Positions 13,959 to 23,937 of a DNA stretch of 57,612 bases are shown in pieces. Below the pieces are notes generated by a model. That model saw only the letters and a program-made list of their open reading frames with translations. It made no database searches and was not told the DNA's origin. Made by a program: the position numbers and the translations under genes. Location of the stretch: the NCBI RefSeq assembly GCF_000143415.4, contig NW_003314292.1:677277-734888 (forward strand), in the 5' to 3' direction. The stretch comes from Selaginella moellendorffii. Its lineage: Eukaryota; Plantae; Lycopodiophyta. The number at the start of each line of letters is the position of its first letter. The first letter of the stretch is position 1.

Positions 13959-14703
13959 AACAACCTAATCATTAATTTTTTTTTGAAGTACACAACTCAT
14001 TGCTTTCTCTCAAAAATATAAGCTTTATATAATGAATACTCTAAACCATAGATTGCCATGCATAACTAATAACTTGCATCAATTTACTATCAACAACTAT
14101 TCCCCGTCAAAGGGGATAAATATCAGCAAATGCATTTTAAGCAATTATTTTAGAATGTGGTTTATTTTTATTCAAACAACTATATAACTATCAATGCTTA
14201 CATTAGAAACTTGAAACAGTTTCAAAAAAAATATTGTTCACCTTATATTTAGTCTATAATATATCATCTTTAATTTTTATCTAATATATATAACATGAAG
14301 TAAAATATAAACAAACAACTATTTTGCAAGGTAAATACTTCTTCTATAAATTACAATGTTAGTTTATCTTTACCAACTAATAAATCATAATGATATAACA
14401 TAAGTATGATTATGTGTTCCTTGAATATAAATGGTAGCAAATTCTATGCAATTAAAATTGTAACTTTGCCAAAGCAGATACATAGTAGAAAACATCTTAT
14501 CACTTAGATTTACTATGTCTTTCACCCTCCTAGCATTTAATTTTAATTTTAAATTATATTGATTTAATTTAAAAACATTTTTACAAGTATTTAATAATAA
14601 GTTAACAAGTTAATATCTAATATTTTATTAACTCTGTATTCATTTAAATATATGTTGTTTAATTTATTGATTAAGTTTTACTCTCTCTTTTTTTCAAATC
14701 ACT

Positions 14704-15194
14704 TTAGCATATTTTTGCTGTAAATGAAAGACTACCACCTTCAAGCCATGCATTAACATAAAATTTTCTAGATGTGACATATTTATCAGGATCATCTGAT
14801 AAAGGTGGGATAATTTCAACCCATTCTGGATACCATCCAGGTTTACCACCAGAATTATCATGTGATAAAATCATTTCACAAATTACATCAAATTCTTCCA
14901 AACATGTTGTTTCTAAATCTGAAAATGTTGAAAGTGTACATCTTTCAAAATCATCTCTGTTTTTGTTATCAAGATTTTTAAATTCAAGAAATTTTCCAAA
15001 GAAAGTAAGAAATTGTAATTTTATATTTGCATCAGTTCCAGCATTGTCTACACATGCTGTTTTAATACTTATACCATATAAACACTGCATTAAAAAAATT
15101 AGAAAACTAGAAAAACATTAATTGCATTTTAAATTACCCCAATTATGCTTGGTATTAAAGAAATTAACAGGAATATAGTGATTAATGAGACCAT
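14704..15194 (-). CDS. Secreted single-PLAT/LH2-domain protein, 145 aa, two exons (15194-15138, 15084-14704)
   Basis: Exon 1 encodes the signal peptide MVSLITIFLLISLIPSIIG, followed by a 53-bp GT-AG intron. Exon 2 has the PLAT motifs Y.I.IKT....AGTDANI, FER, HDNSG.KPGWY and F.VNAWL. Confidence 0.85.
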
Positions 15195-15417
15195 CTTCTG
15201 ATTCTCAACTCTGAACTTGATCAGCTTTATAGTAAACCAGTAGCTCTAAATGAAACTCTAGATTGACATATGGCAGTAATTTAAGTATCTCTGTTGGCAG
15301 CATTGTTTCGCACCAAACGTGAGTGGACAGCAGACAATGATCTCGAATCCGCCAGAATTGGTGTGGAATCCGCCAGAATTGGTGTGCCACTGCCAGCCTT
15401 GTGACATTCACCATCTA

Positions 15418-15887
15418 ATCTTGCTATGGTGACTTTTCCGGTGCAAGGCATTCTTGCAAATGGAACTGGAGGAAAGATCATTGATTCCATGTTTGCATTC
15501 AGCTATTTCACACCAGATTCCTACGCCCCTCTTGTGCAAGCCATACAAAACCTCAACTCCAACCTTACTAAAGTATCGAGCAACGAAACTGCAGCACTGC
15601 TCAGCAATGATATTTGTTACAATGTTTCTGTAAACGGTGACACACCACCACCACAAACTCGCACACAGATTGAATTTCGGACATGGTTTCTGCTAGATGA
15701 TGATGCTGAAAATGCTACTGTGTGCTTGGCTGTTGGAGAGCAGGAGATTGGATTTGGAACAGCAAGATGCAATGTCAGCATGAACCTTGACACTTCTTCT
15801 GGTTTTCCATACGTCTTCGTGTGGAAATCTTCTACAACTCAAGCGTTTTCTTTTCTTCCTCTCCTGACATATCTCCTGCTTGTTTAA
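15418..15887 (+). pseudogene. C-terminal fragment of an aspartic-protease-like gene (copy A'), with internal deletions
   Basis: NGTGGKIIDS..., CLAVG/EIGFGTARC and a hydrophobic tail. Its 3' part and trailer are nearly identical to ~20600-20840. Confidence 0.8.
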
Positions 15888-16284
15888 GTAAGACACCTTC
15901 AAAACTTTATGTTGTCAAGTTTACTATACAAACCGCGTCAACATAGAAAATTCAGTCTGGATTGATTTGTAAACTCGAGATATATAGCTTCTTTGAATTC
16001 TCAATACATCAGGCCTGGTGGGATTTGCAAAGACAAACAAGTCATTCATCGGATAACTTGCTGAACTCGCAGCAAGAGAAATCCATCCAAGCCACAAGAA
16101 AAGATGGAAATTAATTATGTCGTTGACGAGCGCGCCTGATTGCGATTGCCTCCGGCATTTGGAGTGCGGCTGCACGATGGGGGATGAGTTCTCGCCGCGT
16201 GCCATGAAAAATTCGTGGCTGGAAGCTAGAACCTGCCAGGACTTGAACCTCGGACGTCCCCATCATCCAACGGATGATGCGATG

Positions 16285-16998
16285 CGCGTCGTGGCTTGGA
16301 ACTCCATGGTTTGCGGATATGCCGCGAATGGGCATTTGGACGAGGCACTAGATTCTTTCCAAAAGATGGCTCACCGTGACGAGATCTCTTGGACAACAAT
16401 GATCCATATGCTTGCCTCTAGAAACCATCTTGAAAATGCAAAGTTTATTTTCGATTGAATGCCTTACAATAGCAAGACAGCAAGCACTCCTCTCGGCCTA
16501 TCTCTGGAACGCACTTCCAAGAAGTGATGAGCCCCTACAGCGATCGAAGAGCGTGATGGGATCGCCTGAATGGCAATGGTGGCAGGTTTCACTCGCAAGG
16601 GACTCCTCATGGAAGCTCGAGTTTGGTTCGAGAAAATGCCAGAGTGAGACTTGGTCTCATGGACTGCAGTGGTGGCCATGTATGCTTCCACCGGGCATGT
16701 AACCGAGGCCTTGGAAACCTTCCATAGGACCATCCAGGAGAGCATAATGCCCAATCACATTGTCTTTACGAGTGTGCTTGCGGCGTGCTGCCACTCGGGT
16801 GGTGAAGATCTCTTAGGACTACTTCCAGATTATGGAGTTGAGCTCATGGGAGAACACTACTGTGGGTTTGTTGATGCATTTGCAAGGGCCAAAGAGCTGG
16901 ACAAAGCTGAGGAGCTCATCCACAGCATGCCCTTCAAACCTGAGAGTGTTGCTTGGGTCTCACTACTGGCTGCTTGCCTCGAGATCCACAAGGCCTGA
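16285..16998 (+). pseudogene. PLS/E-class pentatricopeptide repeat (PPR) gene fragment
   Basis: VVAWNSMVCGYAANGHLDEA, DEISWTTMI, LVSWTAVVAMYASTG, PNHIVFTSVLAACCHSG, EHYC..VD.FARA..LDKAEELIHSMPFKPESVAWVSLLAAC. Stops and frameshifts; truncated within the E region. Confidence 0.9.
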
Positions 16999-16999
16999 G

Positions 17000-18506
17000 C
17001 TGTGTAGCAATTGTGCTCTTGTTGGTAACTTTTGCAGGATGCATACAAGGAGGACTCCCACCCAACAGGGCGCCAATTGTCAACACTAACCTGTTTTTCC
17101 CCTCTTCTCGAAGAAGCAGCCAAGCCTTGGAAGCCAGCTTCTTTCTCGATGGTGCACTCAACTTCACCATGAATCTCAGCCTGGGAATTTCGCCTCAGCC
17201 GCTCAAATTTACTCTCACGGTGGACTACGGGTATTCTTGGGTGGCATGCTCCTCGTCCTGTGCAATCAATTGCACCACCACATCTCTCTTCCATCCAGGT
17301 TTGTCAACTTCTCACACCAAGATTCCGTTCGGTTGCTCGGCATTCAGTGCCGTTTCCACGAGCTGTGGACCATCCTCCTCTTGCTCGTACAACACATCGT
17401 ACGGCATAAACTTCTCCTCGGCTGATGACTTGGTCAGCGACATTGCAACAATGGATTCCGTACGAAACCAAAAGGTGGCGGCCAACTTGTCCTTCGGTTG
17501 TGGCCGCGACAGTGGGGGGCTGCTCGAACTCCTCAACACGTCTGGTTTTGTGGGTTTTGACAATAGTAACATGTCATTCATAGGGCAATTGAGCGCATTG
17601 GGATACAGGAGCAAGTTTATTTACTGTTTGCCCTCGAATACTTTCCGTGGGAAGCTTGTAATTGGTAACTACAAGCTCAGGAACACCTCCATTTCTTCGT
17701 CCATGGCCCCATGTTCACAAACCCACAAGCAGCCGAGCTACCATTTCTATTGACAATAACAAGTTTCAAGTCAAATTCGGGGACTTCTTTCCAGTGGAGG
17801 GGTGATCACTTGATTGTAGGGCCCTTTCATTATCCTATTATCCTGACCTAGTGCCTAACAATCCTCCCCCTCGTCAGGGAATAATCGTCCACGATCATAC
17901 TTAGGCCATCCTCCGGTCACCATGGTCCTTCTCTAAGGGTCTACCAAACTTTGGTTCTCCCTCTAGATCCACCATGTTGAATATTCCTTCAAAATATTCC
18001 TGCCCCACTCGTCAGTCACGAAAATCGAATTGGGCTCCAATACTATTGTTAGGATCTTATCCCTTACACCCTAAACCAACTGATTAAAAGGGTGATCACT
18101 TGATTGTAAGGCCCTTTCCTTATCCTATTATCCTAACCTGGTGCCTAACAAACAGCCCCTCTTATCACTTCTTGGGCAATGCCGGTGTTCGAATCGAAAT
18201 GCCAACATGGTTTTCTTTGATGATTCAGACAACATGAACAATACCATTTGCATGGCAATCGGGATGTCTGAGAGCGTTGGACTGTACCTGAATGTCATAG
18301 GTACATCCCAGCAGCTAGACTTGACGGTGGAATATGACTTGGAGCAAATGAGGTTTGATTTGGAGCCCAAGGTTGCAACACCACCATGGTTACTACTTCC
18401 TTGGCAGAGTTTTGCAAGAAACCAGTCTGGCTTGTGGTACTGCTCACAATCTAAAAAGTGGTTTCTCAGTGAACAAATCGAATATGCCAATATGATAGAC
18501 CTGTGA
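17000..18506 (+). pseudogene. Aspartic-protease-like pseudogene (copy B'), disrupted by deletions and a TRIM
   Basis: Near-identical to 20880-22290. It has lost its start, has a frameshift near 17705, and is interrupted at 17798-18150. Confidence 0.85.
17798..18150 (-). mobile_element. Small TRIM: one complete 104-bp LTR (18047-18150), ~186-bp internal part, truncated second LTR (17798-17860)
   Basis: LTR TGTTAGG...CCTAACA; direct repeat of its last ~62 bp; degenerate Met-type PBS (TAGTATTGGAGC); PPT AGGGGGAGGAT. Confidence 0.8.
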
Positions 18507-18844
18507 TTCATAAAAGCCTGGCACATTCTAAAAAGCACGGGCATCCACACCGCCCTTTACATCTCGATGAGCTTGTCCGCACGATTCCCTTGGCTCTAGC
18601 TAGACGCAAAGTGTCAAGTCCGCAATTTCGCTCGATTTGGATGCGCAAAGGGAGAAACCGGCCGCATGCGCGATCAAAATTTCCCTAGACCCGATCGAAT
18701 CGACCTAGAATTCGTTTATGCGTTTAGTGGAAGACGGTAGCGGCAGCGGCGACGACCAAAAGATTATTCGAAGAACCCTAAAGCAATCGTGGCCGTTGGA
18801 TGTACTTGTTATCAAACCAAAAGGAAAACCATGGTATGTTTGTT

Positions 18845-19378
18845 TCACATTAGCATGAAGAACAAGATAGCAATAACTAAAAGAGTCACTACGATCAACA
18901 GTCCCGAGCTCTGATCGACCACTCTTTCTTCTTTCAAGGGCGTTTTTTCGACCACTTCCTCACGTTCCAATTCGATTTTCCTGGCATCAGATTCATCCTT
19001 GTTCTCCAGGGCAGCACTTGATGATTTCTTAGAGCGCTTCTTCTGTCTCTTCAAATTGGCATGATCAAGCTCGCCGTTCTCCGATGGTGGCGCTGCTGAC
19101 TTTGGCTTGTCCTTTTTGATGATCACTCCATGAGCCACTGACGCTTGTTTCTTGCTATCCATATCGGTGTTTGTTCTAAGCACCGACCATGGATTCGAGA
19201 CTAGCACGAAATAGTCAGTCTTCTTCTTGCCAACAATCTCATTGTCCCTGTTAACCAGAGATGAGGACAAGGCCTTTTCACTAGATACTGTAACCTTTGG
19301 CTCAATCCAGCCATTCTTTTTGTTTCTCTGTGACTTGGCTACCTTTGGTGCAGTGGCTGTCTTCTTTGCCCTCGCCAT
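18845..19378 (-). CDS. Hypothetical 177-aa Lys-rich protein with a C-terminal transmembrane (tail) anchor
   Basis: Intact ATG-to-stop ORF with a charged low-complexity body and the terminal segment GLLIVVTLLVIAILFFMLM. No family recognised. Confidence 0.6.
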   Translation of the reverse strand: MARAKKTATAPKVAKSQRNKKNGWIEPKVTVSSEKALSSSLVNRDNEIVGKKKTDYFVLVSNPWSVLRTNTDMDSKKQASVAHGVIIKKDKPKSAAPPSENGELDHANLKRQKKRSKKSSSAALENKDESDARKIELEREEVVEKTPLKEERVVDQSSGLLIVVTLLVIAILFFMLM

Positions 19379-19569
19379 AGCTATCTAGGTTTTGTCATGC
19401 TATGCCCGTTTTATATTCGTAAAAGGTAAACAGAAATAATTTAAAGTGTCCATATCAATCCGTTAAACCGAGGTCTTCTCTTTTACAAAAAGGATGATGT
19501 TTATGAAAACTCGTTTATTATGTCATTAAATATATATCACAGAGTTTCTCAATCTAGTCTTTCCCAATC

Positions 19570-20739
19570 TTGCCTCAATCCAATCCTCCATGGAGAGGCG
19601 TTGGTCTGTTAAGGTTTGCCAATGTTATTGCAAGCTCGGTCTTGGAAGTTGCGATAGAAAAGGGAATCGAGATGGGAGTTGCCGCCTGGAAGCGAAGACG
19701 AACTCCAGCCAACTCCACCGAATTCTTGAGAGAAGACGAAGGCCTAGAGATGAGTTTCTATGTAGGTAACGGCCTCAACTTCGCCATGAATCTCAATTTG
19801 GGAACTCCTCCCGTGCAGCACAACTTCACCATGGCACTTAACTCGGAATTCTTCTGGGCTGCGTGCTCTCCTTGCATCGATTGCAATGTTTCCACAAACG
19901 AACCCCTCTTTTCATGGGCATCATCCACATCTTACACTAGAATTCCTTGCACCTCTCCTTTCTGCTCGACATCCCCTGATTTCTCGACAAACGCTTGCGG
20001 ATCTTCAGCCGTGGGTTTCACGACTTGCTTATATAATGTTTCTTACAGCCCCAAATACTCGTCAGCTGGTGAGATGGCTAGTGATGTTGTAACCATGAAA
20101 ACTCCACGTAAAATTACAGTGCAATAAAAGCCTCAGAATGTCACTTGGATGTGGTCGAGAAAGCACGAGATTGCTGGGGATTCGCAATACATCAGACCTG
20201 GTGGGATGTGCAAAGACAAACAAGTCATTCATCGGACACTATACAAGCAAGTTTATCTACTGTGTTTCATCTGATACGTTGAGCGGCAAAATCGTGCTCG
20301 GCAACTATAAGATATCATCAAACTCCTCTCTTTCTTACACTCCAATGATAAATCAAATTCCATTGCGTTGTATTACATCAGCTTGAGATCCGTAAGTATC
20401 AGCGACACTTGACTTTTCCGGTGCAAGGCATTCTCGCAGGGCACACCGGTTGAATTTCGGACATGGTTTCTGCTAGACGATGTTGCTGAAAATGCTACTG
20501 TGTGCTTGGCTGTTGGAGACTCACAGAAGGTGGGGTTCTCACTGAATGTTATAGGAACCTACCAGCAGCTGGATGTGACAGTGGAGTTTGATCTGGAAAA
20601 GCAGGAGATTGGATTTGGAACTGCAGGATGTATGAACCTTGACACTTCTTCTGGTTTTACATACGTCTTCGTGTGGAAATCTTCTACAACTCAAGCGTTT
20701 TCTTTTCTTCCTCTCCTGACGTATCTCCTGCTTGTTTAA
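19570..20739 (+). pseudogene. Aspartic-protease-like (nepenthesin/TAXI-fold) gene copy A, disrupted
   Basis: FAMNLNLGTPP, FWAAC, SYTRIPCTSPFC, LGCGR, KFIYC, LNVIGTYQQ...VEFDL...IGFG motifs. Stop at 20125-20127 and deletions near 20240 and 20440. Confidence 0.85.
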
Positions 20740-20871
20740 GTAAGACACCTTCAAAACTTTATGTTGTCAAGTTTACTATACAAACCGCGTCAACATAGAA
20801 AATTCAGTCTGGATTGATTTGTAAACTCGAGATATATAGCTCCTTTGCCTTTGCAATTTGCTTATTTCCAA

Positions 20872-22293
20872 ATGAGGATCTCGTGTAGCAATTGTACTCT
20901 TGTTGGTAACTTTTGCAGGATGCATTCAAGGACAGCGTGCAAGGATTCCATATCGTAACCGTGGTGTTGGTTTCTTCCCGCCCAATAGGACTCCAATTGT
21001 CAACACTAACCTGTTTTTGCCCTCTTCTCGAAAAAGCAGCCAAGCCTTGGAAGCCAGCTTCTTTCTCGATGGTGCACTCAACTTCGCCATGGATCTCAGC
21101 CTGGGAACTCCGCCCCAGCCGCTCAACTTCACTCTCGCGGTGGACTCCGGGTTTCTTGGGTGGCATGCTCCTCGTCCTGTGCAATCAATTGCACCACCGC
21201 ATCTCTCTTTCAGCCAGGTTTGTCAACTTCTCACACCAAGCTTCCATGCGGTTCTCCATCGTGCTCGGCATTCAGTGCTGTTTCTACGAGCTGTGGACCA
21301 TCCTCCTTTTGCTCGTACAACACATCGTACGCCACTAACTTCTCCTCGGCTGGTGACTTGGTCAGCGACATTGCAACAATGGATTCCGTACGAAACCAAA
21401 AAGTGGCGGCCAACTTGTCCTTGGGTTGTGGCCGCGACAGTGGGGGGCTGCTCGAACTCCTCGATACGTCTGGTTTCGTGGGTTTTGACAAGGGTAACGT
21501 GTCATTCATGGGGCAATTGAGCGCGTTGGGGTACAGGAGCAAGTTTATCTACTGTTTGCCCTCGGATACTTTCCGTGGAAAGCTTGTAATCGGGAACTAC
21601 AAGCTCAGGAACGCCTCCATTTCTTCATCCATGGCCTACACCCCCATGATCACAAACCCACAAGCGGCCGAGCTATACTTCATCAACTTATCGACCATTT
21701 CTATCGACAATAACAAGTTTCAAGTTCCAATTCGGGGATTTCTTTCCAATGGAACCGGTGGAACAGTCATTGACACCACCACCTTTTTGAGCTACTTGGC
21801 GTCGGATTTCTACACTCAGCTGGTACAAGCAATAAAAAACTACACCACCAATCTGGTGGAAGTGTCAAACAGCACCGCAGACGGTCTTGGCGTGGAGCTT
21901 TGCTACAACATCTCGGCAAACAGCGACTTTCCTCCACCGGCAACCCTCACTTACCACTTTTTGGGCGGTGCTGGAGTCGAAGTGCCAACATGGTTTTTGC
22001 TTGATGATTCAGGCAACGTGAACAATACCATTTGCATGGCAATCGGGAAGTCTGAGAGTGTTGGACTGAACCTGAATGTCATAGGGACGTACCAGCAGCT
22101 CGACTTGACGGTGGAATATGACTTGGAGCAAATGAGGTATGGATTTGGAGCTCAAGGTTGTAACACCACCATGGTGGTGGATGTCAATACTTCCTCAGCA
22201 GTGTTTTCCAGGAAACCACTCTGGCTGATGTTAGTTGCTCACAGTCTAAAAAGTGGTTTCCCAAGCAAACAAGTGCAAGCATCTAATATTTAA
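20872..22293 (+). CDS. Aspartic-protease-like gene copy B, almost full length but with two apparent frameshifts (~20885, ~21152)
   Basis: Signal-peptide-like start, FAMDLSLGTPPQPL...VDSG, then a 377-aa open frame with LGCG, FIYCL, LYFINL..ISI, GGTVIDTT, VIGTYQQ and EYDL...YGFG..C. Comparison with copy B' shows a 1-nt deletion near 21152. Confidence 0.85.
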
Positions 22294-22539
22294 AATACGA
22301 ATATGCCTAGAAGATTTTTGTAAGAACAGCCCTAACATAATCGCGGCCGTTGGATTGGAAAACGTGAGATTCATAAAAATCGAATATGCCTAGAACATTC
22401 TCAAAAACCCTAACATGAGCCCGGAGACTGTGGACCGTCGATGCGTCCCATCAACGGTGTTTAATCCACAGCGCCGCCCTAGTTTTTGCGTTTTTGTGTG
22501 TGCCCTGGGGTTTTAGGCGCTGCTGCTCGTCCGCTCGCG

Positions 22540-23762
22540 ATGGCTGGAAAGAAGGGGCCCGGTTTCTGGTCGGATGTCGGCAAGAAGACTAGCGGTGAGT
22601 GCTGCTGCTACTCGCGGTGAAATCGCATTTCCTCACCCTCTCTTCTTGATTTTGCGCGAGCAGACCTCCTGTACAAGGATTTCTCGGCCGATCAGCGATT
22701 CAGTCTGAGCTCCACGACCTCCACTGGGCTGGTAAGAGGAAGAGATCTTTTCTCGGCTGGGATTCAAGGAGAGAGGTTCTTAACTGTGGCTTTGTAGACT
22801 TTCTCCTCTTTCGGCGTCAAGAAGGGGGACGTCTTCGATGGAGATTTCACCACCACTTACGTCTGCAAGAACGTCACGGTGGATGTGAAAGTGGACACGC
22901 AATCGAAGGTGAAGAAGCTCTTACCTCGTGAGATGTCAAGATGTTTCCTTTTTCTTGTAGATCTTCTCCACTGTCAAGGTCGATGATCTCGCTCCGGGGA
23001 CCAGGGCGATCTTCAACTTCAGTCTTCCGGATCAGAAATCTGGAAAGGCAAGCAGAGCAAAGAATGGAAAACTTGATCTCTCTCTCTCTCTCTATCTCAC
23101 CTCTTCCTTTTTCGCAGATGGAGCTCCAGTACTGCCACCAGTATGCCGGAGTTACTGGCAGCGTTGGGCTAGCTTCGTCTCCCGTGGTGGAATGCACCAG
23201 TGCCTTTGGTAGCAACGACGTCGTCATCGGTGGAGAGGCCGCGTTTGACACTGCGTCGGGGAATTTCACCAAGTACAACGCTGGAGTTGGCATCAACAAG
23301 CCCGAGTTTACGGCCGCGGTTGTCGTGTAAGATCTTCTCTAGCTCGAGCTGTCCTGTTTGATCCTGGATGGACTTAGAATCCTGAGCTTGCTGGTTACTT
23401 GATTTTCATAGCTGCGAGTCCCTGTGACTGACATTGATCTCTTTGGTGGCCGCAGAGCTGACAAGGGTGACACCCTCAAGGCCTCGTACTCGCACGTCTT
23501 GAGCCCGTTCACGAGGACCACCGTTGGAGCTGAGATATCCCACAAGCTGTCCACCAAGGCGAACACCTTCTCCATCGGTGGGATGTATGGCCTGGACGCG
23601 CTGACGACGATCAAGGCCCGGTTGAATAACCATGGACGCATCGCGGCCGTGGTGCAGCACGAGTGGAGGCCCAAGTCCGTTATCTCGATGTCAGGCGAGG
23701 TGGATACCAAGGCGCTCGAGAAAAGCGCCAAGCTCGGCCTGGCGCTCTCCCTCAAGCCATAG
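22540..23762 (+). CDS. VDAC: Mitochondrial outer membrane porin (voltage-dependent anion channel), multi-exon
   Basis: MAGKKGPGFWSDVGKKTS|DLLYKDF...PDQKSGK|MELQY...DKGDTLKASY...QHEWRPKS..SGEVDTKALEKSAKLGLALSLKP*. One intron (23048-23117) is GC-AG. Confidence 0.97.
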
Positions 23763-23937
23763 CCGCGGCCGCTAACGCTTATGTAAATTCAAAATTTTTG
23801 CGGAACATCGAAGTATTTTTCCAGCTTAAAATAAGTTCCTGTGACAATTATCTTTTGTTAGTTCAATGATAATAAGCTTCTTCACCTGGTTTGTTTCGCT
23901 CAAAAGCACAGAAGAGTAAAGGAAAATGCCCGGAAGG

